Part shown: one piece after another, positions 25,185 through 34,461 of the stretch | Position numbering within the stretch: position 1 is the first letter of the stretch | Layout of the letters: every line of letters starts with the position of its first letter | NCBI GenBank assembly: GCA_037134915.1 | Contig: JBAXLJ010000001.1 | Span: 229,484 to 293,483, forward strand | Direction: 5' to 3' | From: Candidatus Falkowbacteria bacterium | GTDB taxonomy: Bacteria > Patescibacteriota > Patescibacteriia > Patescibacteriales > UBA12465 | DNA length: 64,000 bases | The notes under the pieces: generated by a model | What the model saw: only the letters and a program-made list of their open reading frames with translations | The model's database searches: none | What the model was told of the DNA's origin: nothing | Made by a program: the position numbers and the translations under genes

Positions 25185-26138
25185 ATGAAAAAGAGAAAAA
25201 AAGTTTTGTTTGCTTGTCCGAGTCATGAAATTCTGGCGAAGGATCTCTCGATTATGAATCCAGAAATTATTCTTGGCCGGATTGATTGGGGTAAATTTGA
25301 TGACGGCTTCCCGAATTTAAAGGTTTTAAATGTTTTGGAGCTAAATGATGCGGATGTTATTTTTTTAGCGGATTTTTACAACGCTGAAGAAATTTTTAGG
25401 CAATTAGCCGTGCTTTACTCGCTGGCAGCGCACAGTATTAATTCGCTCAAAGTGTTTCTACCTTTTTTCTCAACCGGTACTATGGATCGTATTATGGAGG
25501 AAGGTCAAGTAGTAACGGCTAAAACTTTAGCCCGGATGCTCTCGATTATTCCGCCGGCGGCTCATCCCGCTCAGATTATCATTTTTGATATTCACGCCTT
25601 ACAGGAACAATTTTATTTTTCTGATCAGGTGCGGGTGCGTCACATTAGTGCGATTAGTCTGTTGTTGCATCAACTTAGACTGGAAGGCAAAACCAAAGAT
25701 TCTTTTGCGGTCGCTTTTCCCGATGAAGGCGCTTATAAAAGATTTGGTCAATATTTTAAAGAGTATGATCAAATCGTTTGTGAAAAAAGGCGTCAAATTG
25801 GCGGCGGTCGTTTCATTACCATTAAAGAAGGCACGGTTAAAGGCAAGGAAATTTTAATTGTTGATGACATTATTCTTTCCGGCAACACTTTGTTAGAATG
25901 CGCCAAATTATTAGTTAAAGAGGGGGCTACGTTTATCAGCACCTATGCAACTCATGGCGTTTTCCCCAAAAAGAACTGGAACAGTTTTTTTGATTCAGGT
26001 ATTGATTTATATTTATCTGATTCTTGTCCGAAAACGGTTAATGATATTACGACTCACGTGGCTTATAGCCCGGCACCAGGAACTTTTAAATTAATTTCTC
26101 TGGCCCCGATAATTATGAAAGAAATAAACAGTATTTAG
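25185..26138 (+). CDS. prs: Ribose-phosphate pyrophosphokinase family protein (divergent)
   Basis: Two PRT-type halves. PRPP/ribose-5-P loop ILIVDDIILSGNTL. The canonical PYxxYARQDR is replaced by PFFSTGTMDR. Confidence 0.72.
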   Translation: MKKRKKVLFACPSHEILAKDLSIMNPEIILGRIDWGKFDDGFPNLKVLNVLELNDADVIFLADFYNAEEIFRQLAVLYSLAAHSINSLKVFLPFFSTGTMDRIMEEGQVVTAKTLARMLSIIPPAAHPAQIIIFDIHALQEQFYFSDQVRVRHISAISLLLHQLRLEGKTKDSFAVAFPDEGAYKRFGQYFKEYDQIVCEKRRQIGGGRFITIKEGTVKGKEILIVDDIILSGNTLLECAKLLVKEGATFISTYATHGVFPKKNWNSFFDSGIDLYLSDSCPKTVNDITTHVAYSPAPGTFKLISLAPIIMKEINSI

Positions 26139-26165
26139 TTTTAGTAGAACCAAAAAGAAAAGAAA

Positions 26166-28016
26166 ATGAAAAATTTGAAAGGACTGAAAGTGTCACTGGA
26201 TCAAATGCCTGTTATTCCGGGTCGCCCGGATCTTAATACGGAATATATCTTAAGAAGCATCGACCGGGCGGCTAAAAATAAAATTGATATTTTAGTCTTT
26301 CCGGAATTATGCGTTTCTGGATATTTGATTGGGGATCTGTTTGAGGATGATAGTTTCGTACGCGAGGTCGATCGCTGCAATGATTTAATTATTGAAGCGG
26401 TCCCAGAAAATTTAATTGTAATTTTTGGTACTTTGGCTTTTAGCAGTCATCATAAAAATGAAGATGACCGAATACGCAAATCTAATTGTGCGGTCGTGGC
26501 CGGCAATGGTTTGGCACAGTATTTTATTATTAAGACTCTACAGCCAAATTATTCAATTTTCGATGACGATCGCCATTTCTATAGCAATCGTAAACTAGCC
26601 GAGTCTTCTGGGTTTGATGCCTCTGATTATTTAAAACCGGTTAGAATTAAAACCCAAATTGGTTCGTTTTCAATCGGAGTAATTCTATGCGAGGATATGT
26701 GGCACGAAAACTATCCTCATAATCCAACTGAAGTTTTAGTAAATCGGGGGGCGGAATTAATTTTCAACTTATCCGCTTCACCTTGGAGCTGGCATAAAAA
26801 TCGTAAACGCCACCAAATCGTTCGAGACTTGCTTAAGAAGTCATCAGTGCCCTTTATTTATGTTAATAATACAGGCATGCAGAACAATGGCAAGAATATT
26901 ATTGTCTTCGATGGCAGTTCAACGGTTTATGATAGTTTTGGTGAAATTATGTTTGCGGTGCCGCCATATCACGAAGGCGCTTATGATTTTACTTTCGCCA
27001 GGCCGGCCGGTGATTTGGTTTTACCAAATGATTTACCACTTCTTAGCTTGGCTGAGCAGATTAGACGTGACGCCGACGAACTTTATGTCGGCTGGGAATA
27101 TGGTGTTAGGCAGGCTTTTAATCTGTTACCACCTTCAGCTCGTAAAGCGGTTATTGGTTTAAGTGGCGGAATTGATTCCGCCGTTGATGCTGTTCTGATG
27201 GCTAAAATTTTGGGGCCGGAAAATGTTTACGCAATTAATATGCCGTCGCAATACAATAGTGAGGTGACTAAAAATTTAGCCAAACAGTTGGCGGATAACT
27301 TAGGTATTCATTATGAGGTGCGGCCGATTAATAAAATTGTCGGTGCCATCTGTGAAGCGACTGGTACGGAAGTTGACAGCTTAAGTTATGAAAATGTTCA
27401 AGCCAGGGCGCGCCAGGAAATTTTAGCGGCCCGGAGTCAGGATTTGGGGGCTGTTTTTATCTGCAATTCGAATAAGATTGAAATGGCTTTCGGTTATGGC
27501 ACTTTGTATGGAGACATTGCTGGCTTTATCGCTCCTCTAGGCGACTTGTTAAAATATGAAGTCTATCAAATGGCTGATTATCTTAATCGGGTCGTCTACC
27601 AAAAGGAAGTGATTCCTCGAGAATGCTTTAAATTAGCGCCCTCGGCTGAGCTTAAAGACAAGCAAAAAGACCCGTTTCATTACGGGAATTTGGAGCGTCG
27701 CGGTTATCATGATGAACTGGTGCGAGCTTTTATTGAGTTCCGTCTTAATCCAGATTGGGTCTTGGAAAAATACTTAAACCAAACTTTGGAAAAAGAATTT
27801 GGGTTGGAACCAGGAACTTTGAAAAAACTCTTTAAGACGGCTGCTGATTTTACGGCTGACTTGGAGTTAAATTACCGCCGTTTTATGAATTCTTATTTTA
27901 AAAGAATTCAGTGCCCGCCGATTAATAAGTTATCGCGCCGAGCCTTCGGTTATGACTTGCGCGAATCAATGTTAACCCCGCTCTTTACCAAGCGTTATGT
28001 AGATTTAAAAAAATAA
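26166..28016 (+). CDS. nadE: Glutamine-dependent NAD+ synthetase (nitrilase domain + NAD synthetase domain)
   Basis: CN-hydrolase E/K/C (FPELCVSGY ... ILCEDMW) and PP-loop GLSGGIDSA. Confidence 0.9.
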   Translation: MKNLKGLKVSLDQMPVIPGRPDLNTEYILRSIDRAAKNKIDILVFPELCVSGYLIGDLFEDDSFVREVDRCNDLIIEAVPENLIVIFGTLAFSSHHKNEDDRIRKSNCAVVAGNGLAQYFIIKTLQPNYSIFDDDRHFYSNRKLAESSGFDASDYLKPVRIKTQIGSFSIGVILCEDMWHENYPHNPTEVLVNRGAELIFNLSASPWSWHKNRKRHQIVRDLLKKSSVPFIYVNNTGMQNNGKNIIVFDGSSTVYDSFGEIMFAVPPYHEGAYDFTFARPAGDLVLPNDLPLLSLAEQIRRDADELYVGWEYGVRQAFNLLPPSARKAVIGLSGGIDSAVDAVLMAKILGPENVYAINMPSQYNSEVTKNLAKQLADNLGIHYEVRPINKIVGAICEATGTEVDSLSYENVQARARQEILAARSQDLGAVFICNSNKIEMAFGYGTLYGDIAGFIAPLGDLLKYEVYQMADYLNRVVYQKEVIPRECFKLAPSAELKDKQKDPFHYGNLERRGYHDELVRAFIEFRLNPDWVLEKYLNQTLEKEFGLEPGTLKKLFKTAADFTADLELNYRRFMNSYFKRIQCPPINKLSRRAFGYDLRESMLTPLFTKRYVDLKK

Positions 28017-28032
28017 CTGGTGAAAAACCAGG

Positions 28033-28066
28033 GACCCGGTAAGCAAATTTATCGGGTCTTTTTTTG
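28033..28066 (+). terminator. Intrinsic terminator
   Basis: GACCCG...CGGGTC followed by TTTTTTT. Confidence 0.7.
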
Positions 28067-28079
28067 TTTAAAATTAATC

Positions 28080-28125
28080 TTGACAATCTCTGATTTTTAA
28101 AATATAATTAGATATATATCTAATT
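28080..28125 (+). promoter_or_regulatory. Consensus promoter with overlapping perfect 20-bp palindrome (candidate ArsR/SdpR operator)
   Basis: TTGACA (28080-28085), 17 nt spacer, TATAAT (28103-28108). AATTAGATATATATCTAATT (28106-28125) equals its own reverse complement. Confidence 0.75.
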
Positions 28126-28143
28126 ATCGAATTATAAAAATCT

Positions 28144-28413
28144 ATGTCCATTAGTCAGACTTTAGCCGCTTTAGCTGACCCTAATCGCCAAAAAATTTTG
28201 GCGGCTCTTCAAAAGTCAGAATTGCCAGTTAGCGCCATTGCTAAAAATTTAAATATTACTTTAGCCACTCTGTCGCATCATTTGGATATTTTGCGCCGCG
28301 CCGGTTTAGTTAGTTCACGCCGTGAAGGCCGTCAGATTTTTTACGAACTTAATTTAAGCGTGGCCGACGAAATGATTGCCGCCCTTACTAAAATGTTTAA
28401 GAAAAGTAAATAA
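28144..28413 (+). CDS. ArsR/SmtB-family transcriptional repressor (SdpR-like by context)
   Basis: ALADPNRQKILAAL ... SHHLDILRRAGLV wHTH pattern. Confidence 0.85.
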   Translation: MSISQTLAALADPNRQKILAALQKSELPVSAIAKNLNITLATLSHHLDILRRAGLVSSRREGRQIFYELNLSVADEMIAALTKMFKKSK

Positions 28414-28428
28414 TTTTTTAAAAAATTT

Positions 28429-29097
28429 ATGAAAAATCCTATCCAGTATTCTTTAAAGACCGAAATTTGGCCTTTAATTATTTTGCTCACCACGGTTATC
28501 TTAAGTCTTTGGTCTTATCCGCAGCTGCCAGCTCAAGTGGTAACCCATTGGAATTTTTATGGCCAACCCAATGGTTGGAGTAGTCGGGAATTTCAGGCGA
28601 TTTTCTTTCCGGCGCTACTTATGGCTATTTATGCTTTGTTTAGCTTGATGCCTAAATTTGATCCCCGCGGCGAGCGTTATTTAGAATTTGCTAGTGTTTA
28701 TCTGCTGATGCGCAATGCGATTTTGTTAGTTTTGGCGGTTGTTTTTGGTGCCGCCACTTTGGCTAATTTAGGTTATGCCATTAATATTGGCACGACGGTA
28801 GCGGGTGTTATTGGACTATTGATGATTATTCTTGGCAATAATTTTGGGAAGTTAAAACGTAATTTTTTTGTCGGTATCCGTACTCCTTGGACGCTGTCAT
28901 CGGACAATGTTTGGAATAAAACTCATCGTTTAGGCGGTCGCTTATTTATTATCTGGGGTTTTTTACTAATTTTAGCCCCCTGGTTAGAGGCCACTTTCGC
29001 CCTAGTTATTCTTTTAGGCGGCCTAGTTGTTATAATTTCCTGGCTTACTATCTATTCCTATCTTTTGTTTCGTCAGGAAAAGGCCACTAAAAAATAA
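28429..29097 (+). CDS. SdpI/YhfL-family membrane protein (DUF1648 + SdpI)
   Basis: THWNFYGQPNGW and GIRTPWTLSSDNVWNKTHR motifs; 6 TM. Confidence 0.8.
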   Translation: MKNPIQYSLKTEIWPLIILLTTVILSLWSYPQLPAQVVTHWNFYGQPNGWSSREFQAIFFPALLMAIYALFSLMPKFDPRGERYLEFASVYLLMRNAILLVLAVVFGAATLANLGYAINIGTTVAGVIGLLMIILGNNFGKLKRNFFVGIRTPWTLSSDNVWNKTHRLGGRLFIIWGFLLILAPWLEATFALVILLGGLVVIISWLTIYSYLLFRQEKATKK

Positions 29098-29187
29098 GCG
29101 CTGGTAATATTGACATATATCTAGTTTTTTGATATAAAGAAATGATTAATATGAACATTAATAACTTAAATATTGGAGGGAATATTT

Positions 29188-29616
29188 ATGAAGTCAGAAG
29201 ATGCGAAGTTGTTAGAGGTCTTAAAATCATTTTTTAATTTTGTTGATTTGGATGCCGATCCGCTGCTACCTAAGGGTTGCACAGTTAAGGAACACGTTAA
29301 GGGCGGTTTAAAAGAAATCGAAGAAGTGGCTCTTTATTTTCCGGAGGAAACTAAAACTGTAAAACAGGTTTTGGAGGAAAATAGGCAGGAGTTTTTGGCT
29401 AACGCCAATTTTCTAGATCACTTAGTGGCTCATAAAAGTACTATTTACAAAGAGTGGGAAGAGTATAAACTCATTTTCGGGGCAACTGTTTACCAAAATA
29501 TTAAGGGCGAATTATTTGTGCGCTATTTGTTTTGGGATAATGTGTCCTGGGAGTGGAGCTTTATGGCTCTATCTTCAATTTTTTGTAAGAGATGTGCTTT
29601 AGTTCTGTTAAACTAA
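29188..29616 (+). CDS. Hypothetical protein
   Basis: ATG 29188 lies 8 nt after GGAGGG. TTGACA-N17-TATAAA promoter upstream; terminator follows. Confidence 0.4.
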   Translation: MKSEDAKLLEVLKSFFNFVDLDADPLLPKGCTVKEHVKGGLKEIEEVALYFPEETKTVKQVLEENRQEFLANANFLDHLVAHKSTIYKEWEEYKLIFGATVYQNIKGELFVRYLFWDNVSWEWSFMALSSIFCKRCALVLLN

Positions 29617-29723
29617 TCTTAAACCCCGAATTGTCTAAAAGGCAATCCGGGGCTTTTTTTTGAGTCTTGACTTTTAGGTCTTAGAGTAATATTCTAATTT
29701 TGTTGAACCAAAAAATAAATAGT

Positions 29724-30059
29724 ATGACGCAGAAGGAGGGGTTATATCACCTGCTAGTAAGTAGGGTGATAGAGTTATCAAGCCAAAAAGGGCTTAAATT
29801 TATTTTGGGTAAGCCGGTCTTAAAAGACGGTAAAATGTTGATTGATATTACCGGCAAGGTGAAGACAAGCTTTGTTGTTAGTAACGAGGGTGAAGAGTTC
29901 TTTCTTTGGGAAAAAGGTGCGAAAATAGCCTTTTTAAAGGAGGATCTGGTGGACCACATGCTAATTGAGGCTAACAATGGACCAAAACTTGGCGAACTAA
30001 TGCCCAAAGATTGGGCCAAAAGACATTTTAGCCATTTAGAGGTCCCAATAATTACCTAA
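29724..30059 (+). CDS. Hypothetical protein (ORF-track TTG start at 29700)
   Basis: TTGACT-N17-TATTCT promoter at 29667-29695; no motif recognised. Confidence 0.4.
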   Translation: MTQKEGLYHLLVSRVIELSSQKGLKFILGKPVLKDGKMLIDITGKVKTSFVVSNEGEEFFLWEKGAKIAFLKEDLVDHMLIEANNGPKLGELMPKDWAKRHFSHLEVPIIT

Positions 30060-30162
30060 AATGGTCAAAAGATTAAAAAAAGTCATCTGTAACGGGTGGC
30101 TTTTTCTCTTTTTTATGGCTATAATGAGCTTGATAGGCGCTTAAATATTTAAATAATTTTTT

Positions 30163-30825
30163 ATGGAACAGAATCCTTATCTGAATATGATTCCTCGATC
30201 AGGGGTAGATAATAAACCTAAAGATCCTAGTATTTTTCTTAAATCCCTTGACCGCGAAGATGTTCGTGAAGATATTTATCAAGCTAGTCATAATCTGGCT
30301 GATTATTTGCAAACAGAAAAGATTCCTAGTGTTATGTTCTTAGATAATAGTGCGCGGCAAGCTTACGTTGGTCTCAAAGAAGTTTGGAAAAAAGAACAGC
30401 GGGAATCGCCGGAACCCCATATTTATTTTATTAATCCGAAAGCGATTCTCGATGAATCGGATTTTCCGGATTTAGAAAAAGAATTTTTTAAGAAATATAA
30501 AAATATTAATTTAGCCGAACCGATTCTTTTGTACGATGTTTGTATTCATAGCGGCGCCACTATTTTAAAAATAAAAGATTTTTTTAAGTATTTAGGTTTT
30601 ACCGATGTCCGTTTAGCTATTACTTCAGTCGATGAAAATTTTTCGGACGAAAAAAAAGATGAACTAGATTTAGTTTGTTTACCTAATCGTGCTAGTTTAG
30701 GCTGCAATCCTTTTAGTCGACCAAACTATGTTAAAAACAGTAATCATTTAGTCTCGGACGTCAGCCCGGCTGGACGCGTCTTAGGTGCTAGTGAACATCA
30801 AAAAATAAAAGAGGTATTTAAATAA
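30163..30825 (+). CDS. Hypothetical; phosphoribosyltransferase-like loop
   Basis: ILLYDVCIHSGATI resembles the PRT PRPP-binding loop; weak. Confidence 0.35.
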   Translation: MEQNPYLNMIPRSGVDNKPKDPSIFLKSLDREDVREDIYQASHNLADYLQTEKIPSVMFLDNSARQAYVGLKEVWKKEQRESPEPHIYFINPKAILDESDFPDLEKEFFKKYKNINLAEPILLYDVCIHSGATILKIKDFFKYLGFTDVRLAITSVDENFSDEKKDELDLVCLPNRASLGCNPFSRPNYVKNSNHLVSDVSPAGRVLGASEHQKIKEVFK

Positions 30826-30843
30826 AAAATAATCATTAATTAG

Positions 30844-31809
30844 ATGTTTTATCCTTTAGAATTGGTCGCTAGCTGGTTAACTTATTCGGTTTTACGCATC
30901 AGTCCTCAAACACTGCTCGCTAGTTCGGTTAATTTTTTTGTGGCCGATGTCTTAAAAATATTTATTTTGCTGCTGGTGATAATTTTTGTCATTTCCTTTA
31001 TCCGCACTTATCTGCCGCCTCAAAAAGTGCGCGCGTTTCTGGCTAAAAAAAATAAATTAGTTGGCCACTTGCTAGCTTCTTTATTGGGTATTGTGACGCC
31101 TTTTTGTTCTTGCTCGGCCGTACCACTATTCTTAGGTTTAGTGGAAGCGGGGGTACCCTTAGGAGTCACCTTTTCTTTTTTAATTGCTTCGCCAATGATC
31201 AATGAAGTGGCTGTAGTTTTGCTTTTTGGTTTATTCGGTTGGAAAATTGCCGGCCTTTATATTTTGAGCGGACTGATAATCGCCATAGTTTCCGGTTTGA
31301 TTATCGGCCGTCTAAAAATTGAAAATTTAGTGGCGGATTTTGTCTGGCAACATAAAATCCAGGAGGCGTCTGGGGCTGAAGTAAAAATGACCTGGCAAGC
31401 ACGCATCAAGTATTCTTTAAATTACACCCTAGATATAATTAACCGAGTTTGGTTTTTTATTATCATCGGCGTTGGTTTAGGGGCCTGGATTCATGGTTAT
31501 GTGCCAGCTGATTTTTTAGTACGCTATGCCGGAGCGGGTAATTGGTATGCCGTGCCACTTGCAACTTTAATTGGCATTCCTCTATATTCTAACGCCGCGG
31601 GAATTGTGCCTCTAATTCAAGCTCTAACTGAAAAAGGCTTAGCGCTGGGTACGACTTTGGCTTTTATGATGGCGGTCACCGCGCTGTCTCTGCCGGAATT
31701 TTTAATTTTAAAAAAAGTCATGAAGACCAAATTAATTATAATCTTTGCATCTATTGTTGGTTCCGGAATAATTTTAACCGGATATTTATTTAATCTAATT
31801 TTAAAATAA
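30844..31809 (+). CDS. UPF0718/DUF318-family permease
   Basis: TPFCSCSAVPLF motif and about 8 TM. Confidence 0.72.
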   Translation: MFYPLELVASWLTYSVLRISPQTLLASSVNFFVADVLKIFILLLVIIFVISFIRTYLPPQKVRAFLAKKNKLVGHLLASLLGIVTPFCSCSAVPLFLGLVEAGVPLGVTFSFLIASPMINEVAVVLLFGLFGWKIAGLYILSGLIIAIVSGLIIGRLKIENLVADFVWQHKIQEASGAEVKMTWQARIKYSLNYTLDIINRVWFFIIIGVGLGAWIHGYVPADFLVRYAGAGNWYAVPLATLIGIPLYSNAAGIVPLIQALTEKGLALGTTLAFMMAVTALSLPEFLILKKVMKTKLIIIFASIVGSGIILTGYLFNLILK

Positions 31810-32382
31810 ATGAAAATAATTTCGGCTAAATTTATAAAAACGGTTGTCGGCGAGGACAGAATCTTAGAAGATGGTGTGCCTCAAATTGCTTTTATCGGTC
31901 GCTCTAACGTGGGTAAATCCAGTACGATTAATGCCTTGGTTAAGCAAAAAGGACTGGCGATTGTTAGTGCTTTACCGGGCCGCACTCAAGGCGTTAACGT
32001 CTTTCTGATTAATGAAAAATTCTATCTAGTGGACTTACCGGGCTATGGTTTTGCTAAACTATCTAAAACCGATCGAGCTTGGCTGCATGAACTGATTAAT
32101 TGGTATTTATTTAATCAGAAATTTGTTCAGAAAAAAATCGTTTTAATTATTGATGCTAATGTTGGCCCGACCAAAGATGATTTAGAGCTCTTACGTGAGT
32201 TAGAGGCGCAGAATAAAAATATCTTAGTGATTGCTAATAAAATTGATAAGATAAAAAAAATAGACTACTTTAGAAAGTGCCAAAAAATTAAAGATTTAAT
32301 CGGTTATCACGAAATTATTTTCTATTCATCTAAGACTGGAACTGGAGTGCCGGAAATAATTGATCAAATCATAGTAGAATAA
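31810..32382 (+). CDS. engB: Ribosome-biogenesis GTPase YsxC/EngB
   Basis: GRSNVGKSS (G1), DLPGYG (G3), NKID (G4). Confidence 0.9.
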   Translation: MKIISAKFIKTVVGEDRILEDGVPQIAFIGRSNVGKSSTINALVKQKGLAIVSALPGRTQGVNVFLINEKFYLVDLPGYGFAKLSKTDRAWLHELINWYLFNQKFVQKKIVLIIDANVGPTKDDLELLRELEAQNKNILVIANKIDKIKKIDYFRKCQKIKDLIGYHEIIFYSSKTGTGVPEIIDQIIVE

Positions 32383-32392
32383 ATTTAAATGT

Positions 32393-33730
32393 ATGAAGAT
32401 TATTAAACCCACAATCTTAGTTATCGTTGGTATTTCTGGTGATTTAGCTAAACGTAAATTACTACCAGCTATTTCACAAATGTCTATTGCTGGAGTTTTG
32501 CCGACTGATTTTAAAATTTTAGGAATTACACGGCAAACTGATATAGACATTCCTGGCTTATTTGCCTTTGCTGAAGATTCAAAATATCTTGAAGCTAATC
32601 TGGACTTATTTTCCATGGATCTATTGCTTTTAGAGGATTATGAAAAATTAGCTTTAAAACTTCAAGAAACGGAAAAAAACTTTTCTGCTCCGGCTCAATA
32701 TTTATTTTATCTCTCAATTCCGCCGCAAGTGTCGCGGCCAATTATTGAATCTATTGGTAAATCTAGCCTGGCTAAAAAAGCGGATCTTAAGTTGTTGCTG
32801 GAAAAACCTTTTGGCGTTGATCTAGATAGTGCCACGGAACTCGCCAGCCATATCGATAAGTATTTTAAGGCTGATCAAGTTTATCGCATTGATCACTACT
32901 TAGCCAAGGAAACAGTGCAAAATCTTTTGGTTTTTCGTGCTGACAACTCACTGTTTAAACAAACCTGGAATCAGAAATTTATTTCGCGGATCGAGATTAT
33001 TGCTAGTGAGTCGCTGGGGATTGAGGGTCGGGCGGATTTTTATGAACAAACCGGGGCGCTACGTGATTTAGTGCAAAGCCATTTATTGCAGCTAGCCGCT
33101 TTAACTTTAATGGATTCCTGCTCGGATAATTGCTTAGGTGACGTCCCGGCTTGTCGGCTTAAAGCTCTAAAAAATCTTTATTTACCGACTGATAAGCCGC
33201 TGACAGATTATGTAAAGCGCGGCCAATATGTCGGTTACCAAGATGAAGTTAAAAATTCCGGTAGTGCGGTCGAAACTTTTGTTTCAGTTACTTTAAGCTC
33301 CAAAGATCCAAATTGGGCCGGGGTACCGATTGTTCTTAGCACCGGTAAGGCTCTGGCTGAAAAATTTACTGGTATTAAAATTTCTTATAAAAAAGACAAA
33401 GATAATGAAGCCAATGAATTAATTCTGAAATTACAGCCGGATGAAGGCGTTGAGCTGGGATTGTGGACCAAGAGTCCTGGTTATGAATATGAAGTGATTA
33501 AAAAATCTTTACGGTTTAACTTTGCGGAGCATTATCTTAAACTGCCCGAGGCCTATGAACAGGTTTTGTTTAACGCGATTAATTCTGATCATAGTTTATT
33601 TACTTCCAGTGCGGAAGTTTTGGAAACCTGGAGAATCTTAAATGTAATTCAAACTGCCTGGGAGATGTCCGCTGATGATTTGATTTATTATCAGTCGGGT
33701 AGTGATATTTCTCAGGTCCTTAATTTATAA
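32393..33730 (+). CDS. zwf: Glucose-6-phosphate 1-dehydrogenase
   Basis: GISGDLAKRKLLPA and RIDHYLAKE active-site motif. Confidence 0.9.
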   Translation: MKIIKPTILVIVGISGDLAKRKLLPAISQMSIAGVLPTDFKILGITRQTDIDIPGLFAFAEDSKYLEANLDLFSMDLLLLEDYEKLALKLQETEKNFSAPAQYLFYLSIPPQVSRPIIESIGKSSLAKKADLKLLLEKPFGVDLDSATELASHIDKYFKADQVYRIDHYLAKETVQNLLVFRADNSLFKQTWNQKFISRIEIIASESLGIEGRADFYEQTGALRDLVQSHLLQLAALTLMDSCSDNCLGDVPACRLKALKNLYLPTDKPLTDYVKRGQYVGYQDEVKNSGSAVETFVSVTLSSKDPNWAGVPIVLSTGKALAEKFTGIKISYKKDKDNEANELILKLQPDEGVELGLWTKSPGYEYEVIKKSLRFNFAEHYLKLPEAYEQVLFNAINSDHSLFTSSAEVLETWRILNVIQTAWEMSADDLIYYQSGSDISQVLNL

Positions 33731-33734
33731 GGTT

Positions 33735-34352
33735 ATGTTAAAAATATATCTAGCAAGACACGGTCAAGATGAAGATAATCGGGCCGGAATTTTAAATGGT
33801 CATCGCAATCAGCCTCTGACTGAACTGGGACGCGCTCAGGCTCAAGAACTGGCAGCTTACGTTGTAAGCCATGATTTAAAATTTACTAAAATTTATAGCT
33901 CGCCGCTTCAGCGGGCTTATGAAACGGCTCGCTGCGTTTCTCAAGCCTTAGATTTACCTGATCCGGAACTTATTCCGGAATTAATCGAAAGAGATTTTGG
34001 TGTTATGACTGGACAGCCAATTTCTGATATTGCTAAAATGTGTGCCCCAGATATTATCCAAGCAGACGTTATTACTTATTTTTTAAATCCGGAAGGGGCG
34101 GAGACTTTTCCTGATTTAATTATTCGAGCTAAAAAATTGTTGACTGAAATTCAGGCTCGGTACACGGATGGTGATATTTTGCTGGTCGGCCACGGTGATT
34201 TTGGTAAAATGGTTTACGCCGCTTATTATAATTTAGATTGGCGCGAAGTCTTACTGAGCTTTCATTTTGGTAATTCAGAATTAGTGCTGCTAGCCCCTGA
34301 TATTAACCCTAAAGAGGCAGAAATTTTTAAAGCGCCACAACACAACCACTAA
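33735..34352 (+). CDS. Histidine phosphatase (phosphoglycerate-mutase-like) family protein
   Basis: LARHGQ (RHG motif) and a later GHGD. ATG 33735 follows the zwf stop. Confidence 0.85.
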   Translation: MLKIYLARHGQDEDNRAGILNGHRNQPLTELGRAQAQELAAYVVSHDLKFTKIYSSPLQRAYETARCVSQALDLPDPELIPELIERDFGVMTGQPISDIAKMCAPDIIQADVITYFLNPEGAETFPDLIIRAKKLLTEIQARYTDGDILLVGHGDFGKMVYAAYYNLDWREVLLSFHFGNSELVLLAPDINPKEAEIFKAPQHNH

Positions 34353-34461
34353 TAATTATCTAATATTAAATAATAAACACCGTATAGACAAAAAATATTC
34401 TAAGAACTAGAATACTTTTATGTTGTTTAATAATTAAATTTTTTTTAAGGAGGGGAAAAAA

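Noticed and set aside
22222-28016. Phage-type NAD reconstitution pathway (NARP-like) as the primary call
   Set aside because: PncA, PncB (GTAAHE motif) and NadE (SGGxDS plus nitrilase triad) look like ordinary Preiss-Handler salvage enzymes. Only the Prs and Nudix genes are divergent, so this is kept as a hypothesis inside the NAD finding rather than as a call.
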